64,000 nucleotides of DNA. Origin: Chloropicon primus. Lineage: Eukaryota. The notes below the pieces were generated by a model that was not told the origin of the DNA, did not search any database, and saw only the letters and a list, made by a program, of their open reading frames with translations. Positions 9,938 through 21,089 of the stretch are shown in pieces. The DNA is taken from positions 124,001 through 188,000 of the forward strand of contig CP060770.1 in NCBI GenBank assembly GCA_023205875.1, written 5' to 3'. Every line of letters starts with the position of its first letter. Position 1 is the stretch's first letter. The position numbers and the translations under genes are program-made.

Positions 9938-12900
9938 TTATCGAATATTGTACAGTTGCATCGCCAGCGTGGTCTGCAGAGTCTGACCATAGCTCTGTCC
10001 GCCGAAAGTGAGCATCTTTTGTCCCACCTGGATGCCTCCCTGGTCGAAGAGGCCGCCCTTTGTGCTCACAGAAGGCAAATCATTTGCATAGTTGAGCTTC
10101 CTCCATCGGTTGTTCGCCACCTCGTACGACCAAAGGTCTTGGAGCTCCGAGTAGTTCTCCGTCACTCCGCCAAAAATGTACACGGTACCCGTCTTGGCAT
10201 CCGCAACAGCGGCGTGGTTGTACCTCGCGGGTGGCTGGGTGCCTCCGCTCCTCCACTCGTACGTCTTGAGGTCCAAAATCGCAGCCACGTTGCTCGCCTT
10301 ATCCGTGGCCTTCAACAAGCCACCGAACAGGACCATCTTGTCATCGATGATGGAGCAAGAGTGCCCGTGGCTGCCTCCGAGCTGGCCAGTGGCATACAAG
10401 TCCGCGTCCACGACGTAGGTCTTCGCCGTCTCTTCGATCCACCTGTGGGTGTCCATGTTGAATACCCACATGTCACTGAGGACGGCACCGCGTGCGCCGA
10501 GCCCTCCAAAGACGTAGAGGAGGTTCCCATGCTTGCACATCGAGAAAGCCAACCTTGGCTCGGGCTGCGGCCCCGTTGGCTCTTGGTACGTCCACGAATT
10601 GGCATTCTCATCGAAGACGTAAACACTTCCCGAGATGTAACCGCTCCTTTCGCCGCCAAAGACGTAGACTTTGCCGTTGTGGCTCACCATTCCGGGGCGG
10701 AAAGTAGTGTGAGGTGGAGTCCCACTCGCCTCAACTTTTTGCCACTTCATTCCCTCCAAGTAAACCCCGTGGACGAAATTGCCGTTGCCACTCACGCCGC
10801 TTGGGATGCACGACTTGTTCGTGACAATCAGCTGATCCCACAACGTCACGCTGGTCTCCGTGGACGGGGTCAGCGTGACGAGGTTCGGAGAGAGTTTCTC
10901 ATTGCTGGGCACGGAGTACTCCTTGAGAGACCCGTCCACGCCTCCGTAAATCTTGAGCCCGTCAGAGACCAACGAGAAGACGTGCCACCCTCTGCTCCTC
11001 GTGTTCCACGTCAACTCACTCGTGGAGATGGTGGATCCCATGACGTAGCTCCCGGAGTACGCCACGTCCGTTCCGATCGTCACGAGGGCGCCGCCGGACA
11101 TGCTGACATTGAGGAGGTGGGACCCCGTTCCCATGGTGTCGTAGAAAGCCACTTGCACAGTGTACTTGGACTCCACGGGGTGTTTCAGGGCAACCTGCAA
11201 GTGAGTCCCACCGGTGATGTACAAGGAGTGGCTTCCCTCGAACGCGTGGTCGCTGAGGACGGCACCCTCAGGTCCGTTCTCGAAATCCATTTGGAGGCCT
11301 CCAAACAAGTCGACAGAGGATCTCGACGGCGCCTCGCTATCATAGTACATGTGCGTCGTTTGCGTGGCCTTGCCGACGTAGAACTTCGTGTTCTTGGACT
11401 TGCAGCCCGGGATAGGATGCATGTAGTGCTCGAGAAGCTCCCCCGTCTGCGAAACGAAAGCGATTCCAGAGCAATCCGGGCCGATCTCCCCAAGGGCATC
11501 CGTGTCAACCTCCACCAGAGAAATGTCGCCACTCGCGTCGGCCAATGTCAAAGACACGACCTTGTGGTAAAACACCTTGTTGGCCTCACCCGGTGGTTTC
11601 TGGTGGAACGAGAGCCTGTAAAAGTCGCTGCTGTACTGGCCCTCGCTCTCTGCGCCACCAAGCAAGTACACGGAGCTGCCAGACAGAACGCTGGCGGATC
11701 CATACGTCGCCTCCGGACCATTGAAGTTGTGCAAAACAATTTGCCCGTCGGGAAGTCTGGTGTTCAGCTGGAAAGCAGCATCAAGGGTCACATCGCTTGC
11801 GTTGGCTCTGATGAGGTAGCCCCCCTGTGGCGCGTCTTTCGTGGTGCGGTAGATCACCTTGTGGACACCGTTCCCAAGGTACACCCCGGGCTCGGACTCA
11901 AATCCATCACTGTTGGCAAACAAGCTCACGCCGTGGTCCCCGTGCTCAACAACGTTGCCGTAAGCGTCCCTCAGAGTCACCAAAAGGAAGGAGTGCTTCC
12001 CAATAGGGACGATGTTCTCCCCAGAGATGTCTGACGTGGAGGGGTCAACCTGCTTGGCAGCGGCAAGGTGCACGTCCACTTTGCCTACGGAAGTCGTCAC
12101 CAAATTTGGTAACGGGGACGTCACGACCTTGTATTCAACCGTGTAGAGCCCTCCGGCAGTCATCTGAAAGGAGGCGGTCTGGTGAAGAGCAGAAGAGCAA
12201 GCTCCCCCGGCGCTCTTGTAATGGGAGTAGCTAACCCCGGGCAGGAAAGATGTCAAGCCAAGGACCCTCTCGTCAGAGAATAAGGAGACGGAGCTTCGGA
12301 AGTTCGAGTACTGGAAAGGATTGGCGAAAGCCTGCATCGTAGTCGTCGCATCGGACACGTAAGCAAACCCACACTCGTCCTTGAAGTACATGTCCGTTCG
12401 AACCTCTTCTCCAGCATTTGCATCCAGGGCCGTGCTGCTCAGGTAGGACAGGGGTCCAGAAACTTTCACGCCCACTTTGCTATGGGGCCGGGATCTTCCG
12501 AACGCCGTTCTGCCGACGTGGCCAAGGGCATCGAACGCCCCCGCGCTGCTGCTGCCGATTCCCCTGTACAGCGTGGCGTTGCCGAATCCAGGGCCCTCGT
12601 TGAAGGGAATGTATGCCGCCACCTCCACCCCCAGGTCATTGACTGTCATTGGGCAGTACATCATGGCAGAAATCTCTGCGGCGCTCAGCACCTTCTGCGT
12701 GAGATAAGCTTCGTCGATCTCGCCTGCGAAGTTCAGCCCAACCAGAAGTGGACGGTAGTCGGCACTCCCTTGCCCAAACCTCTTGTCAGCGAACGTCCCA
12801 GTTGCCCTCTTCAGCCCCCCGACGTACAACTCAAAGGCTTCTCCGTTGTATGTCGCAGCGACGTGAACCCATCCATCGTCAGAACTCAAGTCTTGGGGCG

Positions 12901-15900
12901 TGGCCATCGCTCCCAGGCCATCCGTTGTCGAAACCATTCTGTATTCCCCCTTCTGCGTGATCGAAATCTCGTTTTGGACGTACACGCCAGCCGTCAATTC
13001 TGTCCAGTCGGCGGAGAACGCCAAGAAGTACCCCTTGATGTCAGTGCCCAGCTGAGAATCGTCGCCCTTGAAGAAAACGTAATGGCTCACTGTCGGGGGC
13101 GAAGTCGCCTCGAGGGCAGCCCAGTCGACCGGAAGCGGGTTCTGCTGCAAGGCCCTTCTCGCGGGCTCATCCTCCTCGGCAGTCTGGTCTGCTGGCTTGA
13201 CACCGTAAGGCCCCCTCCTCACCCACGCTGCCATAGTAAAGCTCGTGTCAGCGAGGTCGAGGGGGGAGTACATGCTGTTCTTCTCCTCAAACTGAACTCC
13301 TCCGTAGCCGTCGACCTGCAGACTGTAGCCAGCGCAGTGAGAAGCGCACTTGACACTCCCGGCAAGGACGCCATCGAGGTTCACCTTGATCTCGTAGCTC
13401 CCTTCCGCTTCTGGGATGTAAGATGCGCGGTAAGAGCCCGGACTGATGTCAGGGGCGTGCGAAATGGTGGCAGAGGGGTTGGAGGGCCCGACAAAGCTGA
13501 CGCCGAAGTTCAAGTCGCTCCTCGGCACAATGCAACCGTGGCTGTCCTTGGCCGTAATGACGACGTCCTGCCTCACGTTCGCGCACATTCCTGGTGCTTC
13601 CACCAAAGTGTTGCTTGGGTGAACAGAGCCCGCGGCCACCGTCACCTTTCCAGCGACGACCTGAGCCCCCTTGAAAGTGACCTTGTAATCAAAATCGCTG
13701 CACACCGTGGACTTGTAGCAAACTTCAAGGACACCGTCCTCGAAATCCTCCACTTTTTCGACCGTCACGTCCGAGCTGTCGAAAGTCACATCGAAATCCG
13801 GGAGCATCGCCCCGAGGAAGTTCCTTCCGCAAGAGGTGTACGCTTCGACCCGGAAACACGCAGTTTCGCCCGAGGTCGTCGCAAACTTGCCCTTGAGCTG
13901 AGTCTGAAGAGTGTCCAGAGCTTCGGAGATCACAGGGGTGGGAACTGCCGCATTGCCATCGTTCGTCACCACCACATTCTCAGCAGCAACATCAAGGATG
14001 TGCTGTCCCAAGAACGGATAGTCAAAGTTGAAGTAGTGGACGGTCGCGCCAGCATTCTGCTTCAGGGGGCACATGTGCTGCTCCCGGCGGATCTTCGTGC
14101 CCTTGTCGATCCTGAGGGAGTTCACGTAGCCCCTGTAGTTTGGGAACAAGCTGATCCCAGACTTCCCGGCGAGCGGGAACCTCTCTGTGCCAAACTCAGC
14201 AAAGTCCATCTCATTGCCATTGAGGTAAAGGGACAGTCTGCTCCCGTCGTAGGACACCTCAAAGGTGGACCACGCTCCAGCGACAATGGGAACGCTGCTC
14301 TTGTACTCTCTCACATCGGAGCATGGCTCGCACACGCATTCCTTCGTGCCCTTGATGGTAGCGCTCAAGTGACCCAAGTAGATGCTGATCGAGATTTCCT
14401 CGGAAGACAAAAGCTCGTAGTTCTTTCCCTCCTCTTGCGGCCAGATGAGCATGGAAACCGTGAATGCCTCCGCGAACACCTCGCCTGACACGTTTGCTGC
14501 GAGTCCCCCCCCACCAGTGGTGCCGTCAATCGCCAAGCTGTGCAGATTGCTTTCAAAGAGTCTTTGAATCTCGCACAACTCCAGATCCTTTGAGAACAGG
14601 TACACGTCGCCAAAGATATCAGCGCTGACTGGGCTCGCCTCAGGACTTGCTAATGCGAGCTCCCCCAAATCGTAGATCGACTTCAGGACAGGAACAATAT
14701 CCCCGCTTGCTGCCTTGGGCCCCCTGTAGGCATCTCCGCTCGCTGTGTACGAGAACATTTCGTACCCCGTCGACACGCTGATCGGGTCGCCATTCAGCTT
14801 GTGCTGAGTCTCGTCAAACCTTCCCCAGAAGACAAGAGTCCCGCTCGACGCGGCGGCATCCCATTGCAAGGGAGCTGGGTCCCGCGGAAGGCCCGCCTGA
14901 GAGTCGCCCACCAGATGGCCTGTCAGGTTCCTCAACAGCGTGCCCATCGAGTCGCAGACCTGCGCAGTGGTGATTGGAGTCGCGTACGAGGGCTCCCCTT
15001 CAACGAATTCGAAAGAAGTGTCACTGGGCGAGACCTTGACATTCTCGACGTTGAGCCCGTGAACCAAGCCGCGGAACGAGTGATCCGTGGCACCTCCACA
15101 GACTTTGACCACGGCATCCTTTGCAGGGCGAGACGTGGTGGTGAATGTAGAGACAACAGTTCCATTGACCGAGAGGGTTCCTTGGCCGTCTGCATCCACG
15201 GACAAGCTGAGGAAGAACCAATCAAGGCCTTCCCACACGCTCTCTTCTGCCTGACTCGCGCGAGGGGACAACTTGTGCCCACTCGACTTTGCAGTAAGAA
15301 TACCAGAATCTCTGTAAGAGAAGACATCGTTTTCCAGAACGATCGAGGAAAGCACGTCCTGGCCTTTCTCTATGGCGATCACCGTGCCCTGCGTTGTCGT
15401 CGGTTTGACCCATGCCTCCATGCTGTATCCAAACGTGCTGGAAAGACCCACCGACAGGCTTGAGAGATCCTCCGTCACAACACTGCTCGCGCCGTTACAT
15501 TTTGTCACATCAAGCTCGTAAGTGAACGACGCTGATTTGGAGACAAAGAAGGAGGAGTAGGAAGAGTCGCTTCCAGAAATCTTCGGCAAGACCGCGACGT
15601 TCACTCTCTGGTTGGAGAAGAGAGAGCTTGCAGGGGTCACACAAGTCACCGACATGGAACTGACTCGGGTGGCATCCACGGTCACCGTGTCGCTCGCCAG
15701 TGGCTTCTCAAATGCCACCGACATGCTTGGGACCTTTCCATCAATCCTTTGACTGCCCGTGTACGTGACGTTTGAGTCGACGCCCTGCCCATAGAAAACA
15801 CAAACAAGGTCACCTTCGGGCAACTTTGACGCCACCGCGGTCACGGTGGTCCCTCCCGAGACTGGTCCCTTGCTTGGGCTCACCAGCAACATGCTTGGCG

Positions 15901-18900
15901 GATTCCATGCAGGGGTGTAGGTCGCGTAGGAGGGGGTACCTCCGATGAAGGAAACCGCCGTCGCAGATCCTGGCGTGCTGCTTTTGAGGGTGTTCGAGTT
16001 CATCCGAATGTAATCTCTCACGTAAACATTCTGCTTGCTGGAAACGGGGTCCTGCCAGTCACTGTTGAGCGGCATGCTGAACCTAACCAGATCCAAAAAG
16101 TCTGGCGAGTTGGCCTGGAGCGCAACCAGCGAGTTGTCCGTGAACATGACATCGTCCAGCTCCAGGGTCACACCGGGGCTCGCACCCAAGCTCGTCGGCA
16201 CCCCACCCACGAGAATTTTGTCGAAAGTCAAGCTCCGGCCTCCGGAAGCACCTCCCGTGAAGTCGGACACGAGCTCCCCATCAACAAAGACCTTTGATCC
16301 CGTCTTCAGGAACCCTTCAAAGATGGTCGTGAGCACGATGTGGTGCCAGCCAGAACTGAAAGTCTTCGTGCTGCTTGGCATCGCGAACTTGTCCTTCAGT
16401 CCCTTGATGACACCGTTTTCGATGTACACCGTGGTGTCTATCTCGCTTCCGTCCACCAGAGTGAAAATGTACTGCTTGGACGCCGAGAGGGTGGGCTTGA
16501 ACCAAGCAGAAATGGTGAACTCTCCGGAGATCGTCACGCCAACCTCAAGATACCCGCTGCTGATTTGGATGGCCCTCTCCTCCACGTTTCCGAAAGTGGC
16601 CAGTCCGGATGTCAAGCCCATGTTGTTTGACACTCCAATTTGGTACCTTCCCACGGGCACTGCAGGCAAGTCACAGTTCACAAAGCCAGTGTACCCATCT
16701 CCCACGAGGGATCCCGTCCCACTGGAGGCTTGGTACGACTTTGAGTAGAAAGAGTACTCGTTGATAAATGTATCTGCCAGCGATGAGCTCGTGGGGCTGC
16801 CCTGGGCATCGATGGTGTGCATCGACGTCGGTCTGATGTGGCCGTGCTCCTTGTTCAGCACTATACATGACAAAAACGGAGATTTTGCCACACCAATTGC
16901 TTCCAAGGTCACGGTCGAGGCCTCAACAGTGGTCGACAGGCTGGTACCCGTCAGCGTTGGGGTCTGCCACGGGGCTCCCACGTACCTGAAAGGGCTGGCG
17001 AGATCGCCCGCAGCGAATGCCGAGCCATCGTACTTGTTGTGCCACTCATCTCTCATCGTGAACTTCTTGTACGACGTCAGTTGGGACGAGAAGGAAGCTT
17101 CAGCGAGCCTCCTCCTCGAGGACATGGTCTTGGTCTCTGTGGCAGCTGCGCACCCATCGTTGAATCTGTACCACGCGAGAACACCATCATGGATGTCCTC
17201 GGACCGGGCTCCGACAACAAAGTCATCGATGGGGAGGTGGCCAGGCAGGTGGAAGAGCTGCTGAGAGATCTTCGACTGGCTCACCGTGGTGTTATATAGT
17301 ACAAACTCATCGACGTACCCATCAAAATGCGAGAACGTGTTGTGCTCGTTGGCGCAACCCGCACCAATCCTCATCGAGCAGGAGCAAGAGGAGCACGCAT
17401 CAGTGGCGTTGGCAGGACAAAGGCTCACGTCCTTGGTGTCCGTCTCATCCTTGTACGTTCCCTTCATGGTTTGGACATCCAAAGGCTTTGTGCAGTCGTG
17501 AGCACCCCAGGAGGTGACGAATTGCTTCACTTCGACGCCGTCCACATAAAGCTTTCCAGGGCAGGCGTCTTGATCACACTCCTCAATCGAAACGTACGCA
17601 TTGTGCCACATGGCGGTGTCATAATCAGCGCCACTGCAATACTTGCTGTGAGTGAGGCTGCCACCACTGTAGTCGGTGCTCTTGTCGAAGAAGCAAAAGC
17701 GGCCCTTGGTGGCCCCTTCCATGATGGGGGGCGACCACAGGAGGCCCATGTGGCAGCCAAACCGCGTAAGCACCTGCTCGTTGACGCTTGGTGGCGCCTG
17801 GATCTTGATCTCCACGCAGTGCAAGTACGGGGACATTCCGCTGGCGTACTTGTCAAGCGCGTTGAAGCAGACGACAGATTCCTTGGGCCTGTCGTCCAAC
17901 CTCGCATCAATCGATGGTGCTGGCCAAACAAAGGTCGCCCCGGCCGTCTCTTTCAGGGTAGAATTCGAGACGTACTGGTTTTTGTTCACGAGAGCAGAGT
18001 TGCTTGGCGGATTCACCATGAGGATGTCAAGCTCAGCGCAAGAGTCAGGGTCTTCGGCAAAGACCTCGAACGTGATATCAGACCCAGCATTCGCAGTGAT
18101 AACGGCTCTACCGGGATAGGCCGGGTTTGCAGCTCCTGTACCTGCGTCTATGCCAGGAGTTGGTGCAACGAAGGTCGGGGGGTTGTTCGTCTTGCAGCTC
18201 CCTTCGCTTGGTTTCACACCGGTGAGAGTGCTCCCCTCGCCCGGGCAGCCCATAGAACCGAAGACTGGGGTGCAGAGGTTGTAGTCGCTCTGGACGCCAT
18301 TGCCACAGATCGTGCACTGCTTCCCCTCCCTGCCGTACATTCCGTCGGTATGCGCGAACGTGGCCAGGCCCTTTGAAGTGACGCAGTCCGCGTCGCAGAA
18401 AGACACCGGGTCGTACACGTACATCGTGAAGTCCACCGGGATCTTTGCGTTCGTGTTCTCGACCATCACGACTTGGTTGTACAAGCCTGCCGCCTTGGAG
18501 GTCGTGTCAAAGGTCACGATTCCAGTGGATGCGGCCACGGACACTCCGGAGGTTTTCCCTGGCAAGTTAGCGCTGGTCAAGGTCGAAGCACCCTGGTAGT
18601 TGAACACACCGCCATACTCCTTGTCCCCTCCATCTCTCGCTGTCACCGCCTTTGTCAGGTCGCCCAAATCGTACGCAAGAATTTGAAACTTTGCACTCGC
18701 TCCCGTCTTTGGCACGGGCACAATCGGAATAAAGGACGCGGTTGGGGACCTCGCGGCCCCGTCAATCTTCACCGTCGTCTCCAGCCTGAACCTTCCTCCG
18801 GCATTGTTCAACAAGTTCGAGTCCCTGTCACCTCCCGTGAAGTAAGCCGTCCAGGCCTCCCCCGCGTTATCCGCCGAGCCGTAGGTATGCTTGAACACGC

Positions 18901-19501
18901 TCTTGCCGACGATGTAATTCGCCAGCGGAGAATAAACGTCTTGCGTGCTCTCAGTGATCACGAGCTCAACATCTTTGTTGCTTCCATCGCCGGCGTAGAA
19001 TCCGTAGGCCTCCGTCCACGGCAGGCACGACGTTGACACGTCTTTGTCAATCCCGGATTGGCACGGACCCTCCGCAGGCAGCGCCTTGGATGGGAATTTG
19101 ATCACGTAGCCAACCTCTGGCGCTATCGTGAGCGCCTCGCACGCCTCGGGTTGAGGCAGGGTCGTCTTGTCCCACGCATTGCAAGCCGCCTGCTCTTCCG
19201 TGGACGCCTCTGCAAGCCTCCTGAACGTGGAACCTGGCAAGGCGTTCTCTTTCCAGCTCTCGCTGCTCCCTCCCCAGACGTACGTCTTCTTGTAAGCCAA
19301 CTGCAGCGTGAAGTCCACCGCATTCCCCTCCCCTCCCTGGGGAGCCCAACTCAGGGTCCCGAATCGAAAGTGGCCTCCGGCCTGAGCACGCATCGGCGTG
19401 AGCACCAGCACGAGCAACACGCATGCCAGAGGCAGGAAGCCAAAACTTTGGCTCCCTCTCGTCCCCGCCGCCGTCGTCCTTCTCCTCGGGCCAAAGACCA
19501 T
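9938..19501 (-). CDS. Giant secreted multidomain protein (3187 aa): Sib-like N-terminus, several LamG/pentraxin-like domains, IPT/filamin-like Ig modules, C-terminal Kelch repeats
   Basis: Uninterrupted 9.56-kb ORF; signal peptide ...MRAQA; LamG signatures (FTISAWFKP, WHHIVLT, WVHVAATYNG, GEIDEAY); PSKGPVSGGTTVT (IPT); Kelch VYVFGG/LYVFGG/VYIFGG repeats. Confidence 0.92.
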   Translation of the reverse strand: MVFGPRRRTTAAGTRGSQSFGFLPLACVLLVLVLTPMRAQAGGHFRFGTLSWAPQGGEGNAVDFTLQLAYKKTYVWGGSSESWKENALPGSTFRRLAEASTEEQAACNAWDKTTLPQPEACEALTIAPEVGYVIKFPSKALPAEGPCQSGIDKDVSTSCLPWTEAYGFYAGDGSNKDVELVITESTQDVYSPLANYIVGKSVFKHTYGSADNAGEAWTAYFTGGDRDSNLLNNAGGRFRLETTVKIDGAARSPTASFIPIVPVPKTGASAKFQILAYDLGDLTKAVTARDGGDKEYGGVFNYQGASTLTSANLPGKTSGVSVAASTGIVTFDTTSKAAGLYNQVVMVENTNAKIPVDFTMYVYDPVSFCDADCVTSKGLATFAHTDGMYGREGKQCTICGNGVQSDYNLCTPVFGSMGCPGEGSTLTGVKPSEGSCKTNNPPTFVAPTPGIDAGTGAANPAYPGRAVITANAGSDITFEVFAEDPDSCAELDILMVNPPSNSALVNKNQYVSNSTLKETAGATFVWPAPSIDARLDDRPKESVVCFNALDKYASGMSPYLHCVEIKIQAPPSVNEQVLTRFGCHMGLLWSPPIMEGATKGRFCFFDKSTDYSGGSLTHSKYCSGADYDTAMWHNAYVSIEECDQDACPGKLYVDGVEVKQFVTSWGAHDCTKPLDVQTMKGTYKDETDTKDVSLCPANATDACSSCSCSMRIGAGCANEHNTFSHFDGYVDEFVLYNTTVSQSKISQQLFHLPGHLPIDDFVVGARSEDIHDGVLAWYRFNDGCAAATETKTMSSRRRLAEASFSSQLTSYKKFTMRDEWHNKYDGSAFAAGDLASPFRYVGAPWQTPTLTGTSLSTTVEASTVTLEAIGVAKSPFLSCIVLNKEHGHIRPTSMHTIDAQGSPTSSSLADTFINEYSFYSKSYQASSGTGSLVGDGYTGFVNCDLPAVPVGRYQIGVSNNMGLTSGLATFGNVEERAIQISSGYLEVGVTISGEFTISAWFKPTLSASKQYIFTLVDGSEIDTTVYIENGVIKGLKDKFAMPSSTKTFSSGWHHIVLTTIFEGFLKTGSKVFVDGELVSDFTGGASGGRSLTFDKILVGGVPTSLGASPGVTLELDDVMFTDNSLVALQANSPDFLDLVRFSMPLNSDWQDPVSSKQNVYVRDYIRMNSNTLKSSTPGSATAVSFIGGTPSYATYTPAWNPPSMLLVSPSKGPVSGGTTVTAVASKLPEGDLVCVFYGQGVDSNVTYTGSQRIDGKVPSMSVAFEKPLASDTVTVDATRVSSMSVTCVTPASSLFSNQRVNVAVLPKISGSDSSYSSFFVSKSASFTYELDVTKCNGASSVVTEDLSSLSVGLSSTFGYSMEAWVKPTTTQGTVIAIEKGQDVLSSIVLENDVFSYRDSGILTAKSSGHKLSPRASQAEESVWEGLDWFFLSLSVDADGQGTLSVNGTVVSTFTTTSRPAKDAVVKVCGGATDHSFRGLVHGLNVENVKVSPSDTSFEFVEGEPSYATPITTAQVCDSMGTLLRNLTGHLVGDSQAGLPRDPAPLQWDAAASSGTLVFWGRFDETQHKLNGDPISVSTGYEMFSYTASGDAYRGPKAASGDIVPVLKSIYDLGELALASPEASPVSADIFGDVYLFSKDLELCEIQRLFESNLHSLAIDGTTGGGGLAANVSGEVFAEAFTVSMLIWPQEEGKNYELLSSEEISISIYLGHLSATIKGTKECVCEPCSDVREYKSSVPIVAGAWSTFEVSYDGSRLSLYLNGNEMDFAEFGTERFPLAGKSGISLFPNYRGYVNSLRIDKGTKIRREQHMCPLKQNAGATVHYFNFDYPFLGQHILDVAAENVVVTNDGNAAVPTPVISEALDTLQTQLKGKFATTSGETACFRVEAYTSCGRNFLGAMLPDFDVTFDSSDVTVEKVEDFEDGVLEVCYKSTVCSDFDYKVTFKGAQVVAGKVTVAAGSVHPSNTLVEAPGMCANVRQDVVITAKDSHGCIVPRSDLNFGVSFVGPSNPSATISHAPDISPGSYRASYIPEAEGSYEIKVNLDGVLAGSVKCASHCAGYSLQVDGYGGVQFEEKNSMYSPLDLADTSFTMAAWVRRGPYGVKPADQTAEEDEPARRALQQNPLPVDWAALEATSPPTVSHYVFFKGDDSQLGTDIKGYFLAFSADWTELTAGVYVQNEISITQKGEYRMVSTTDGLGAMATPQDLSSDDGWVHVAATYNGEAFELYVGGLKRATGTFADKRFGQGSADYRPLLVGLNFAGEIDEAYLTQKVLSAAEISAMMYCPMTVNDLGVEVAAYIPFNEGPGFGNATLYRGIGSSSAGAFDALGHVGRTAFGRSRPHSKVGVKVSGPLSYLSSTALDANAGEEVRTDMYFKDECGFAYVSDATTTMQAFANPFQYSNFRSSVSLFSDERVLGLTSFLPGVSYSHYKSAGGACSSALHQTASFQMTAGGLYTVEYKVVTSPLPNLVTTSVGKVDVHLAAAKQVDPSTSDISGENIVPIGKHSFLLVTLRDAYGNVVEHGDHGVSLFANSDGFESEPGVYLGNGVHKVIYRTTKDAPQGGYLIRANASDVTLDAAFQLNTRLPDGQIVLHNFNGPEATYGSASVLSGSSVYLLGGAESEGQYSSDFYRLSFHQKPPGEANKVFYHKVVSLTLADASGDISLVEVDTDALGEIGPDCSGIAFVSQTGELLEHYMHPIPGCKSKNTKFYVGKATQTTHMYYDSEAPSRSSVDLFGGLQMDFENGPEGAVLSDHAFEGSHSLYITGGTHLQVALKHPVESKYTVQVAFYDTMGTGSHLLNVSMSGGALVTIGTDVAYSGSYVMGSTISTSELTWNTRSRGWHVFSLVSDGLKIYGGVDGSLKEYSVPSNEKLSPNLVTLTPSTETSVTLWDQLIVTNKSCIPSGVSGNGNFVHGVYLEGMKWQKVEASGTPPHTTFRPGMVSHNGKVYVFGGERSGYISGSVYVFDENANSWTYQEPTGPQPEPRLAFSMCKHGNLLYVFGGLGARGAVLSDMWVFNMDTHRWIEETAKTYVVDADLYATGQLGGSHGHSCSIIDDKMVLFGGLLKATDKASNVAAILDLKTYEWRSGGTQPPARYNHAAVADAKTGTVYIFGGVTENYSELQDLWSYEVANNRWRKLNYANDLPSVSTKGGLFDQGGIQVGQKMLTFGGQSYGQTLQTTLAMQLYNIR

Positions 19502-20252
19502 GGTGCCGCGCGCGTCTAGTCCTCTTCCGTCGATCGTACCAAGTTATATGCGAGTTGTGTGTGACTATTTATACTATTCTTACGATCAGCACCATGAGAT
19601 CACTTCATCGCGTCGTCATCTTCATCCTCTGTTGGCCACGCAACAAGTGAGAGAGAGAAGAGTGAAGCTCCTCGAAGCTTGGTCTCCTCTAAACGCGCTA
19701 AAGACGTCTCCAGGACCACAGCTAGGTCTTTCCCCCGCTTGCAGCCGCCTCAGGAGTCAAGCTACACCAACCGCCGAGGGCAAACCAAGCAAACAAACAA
19801 ACAACAAGGCAACTCACTTGCTTTTTAGTCTCTCTCTCCCGTGCTCTCCAGGACGTCCCTTGGCTCGAGGAAAGGTTCTCTCTCGAGAGAAAGGCGGGAT
19901 CTTTCGATTGGTGTGAGCCTTCGGCCGCCACTCCCTCGCTCACCAACGCGATACCTCCTCCACTTACCTCCTTTGCTCGTTCTCTCGACCTAAACCTGAA
20001 CCTGATGACAGAAACCCACACCAATGTTCAGTCCCTCGTGCACCAATCTTCTCGAGGGAGGTGTCAATCGAAAGAGGAAGAGTTGAAGGTTCGATCTGCT
20101 CGACCTGTGTTACCGCCAGGTTCCGTCCTCGTCGCCCACCTCTCGCCCAAACTTACCCTTTCCCTTCGCTCCTCGTGGGTCTCCTCCCTTTCCCTCCACG
20201 CGGCATTTCCTTTAATAGAACAATACAATACGACGATTTGATTTCAAAATCC

Positions 20253-20559
20253 ACCAAACAAAACACTTCTCCAAGCGACGTCACTTTTCCTAAACCAAGT
20301 TCTCTTACAGACGTTACCCTGTTATCGAACATCGCATTAAAATAGAAGAAACAGGGTAACGTCGATTGTCGATAATGTCTATCATAGAATACGTGGTTTG
20401 CTACGAGTGACATTAGTATATCTGGGAGGTGTGAGTCAAAGCAAAGGCGAGGCTCGCGAGGCGAGAGAGAGAGAGAGAGAGACTCCAGTGGCTGCTCCAG
20501 TGGCTGCATCATCGGGTTCATTGCATCCGGAGGACCAGGACCAGGACGGCATCCGTATC
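20253..20559. repeat. Dispersed element family A, copy 2 (307 bp)
   Basis: Same sequence and orientation as 4919-5225. Confidence 0.95.
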
Positions 20560-21089
20560 TTGCAAGGGGATCACAAGCTTTGTCCTCCTCTTCCTCGACA
20601 AAGACGCACGAAAGAAGGACAACTGAGCCCTTGGCCTTGGCCTTGTGAGTGGCGCGTGGTCTTCCCTTCTCAGTACAACAAGGTGAGTGCAGTGCATGGC
20701 GTCAAGCTTGGAAGTGTCACTGCCTGGGACATCTTTGAGGACAGCAAGGACCTCAAACCTGCATCACCCATCAAAGACCCCAACTCGGGCCTCAGTGAAC
20801 TCCCTTTCTTTCTCTCTCTCTCTCTCTCTGTCTCTGTGTGTGCTTCCTCCTTGGTCTTCTTCCTCCTTCCAAGGCATTCCCTTGAGAGGTTCACTGCATC
20901 TCTTGTGGAAGAAGCCCGGCACCAGTCATTGGCTGACTTGCATCGCTTGCTTGCTTTTGTTCCAGGGAGCCAACTCGTTGTGAGGTTCGTGGCATCTTGG
21001 ACAAATTGTCCACTCGAATCTACTTTTATATTATTATCAATAGATAAGAACTACTGCAACTCTTGTGGCCTGCTGTGAGAGGAGGGAGA

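Noticed and set aside
9926..14488. Long plus-strand ORFs (702 aa, 668 aa) opposite the giant gene
   Set aside because: Antisense shadows of a codon-biased CDS; no motifs
20560..21050. Possible gene fragment after family A copy 2 (QYNKVSAVHGVKLGSVTAWDIFED)
   Set aside because: No recognisable family, start or splice structure
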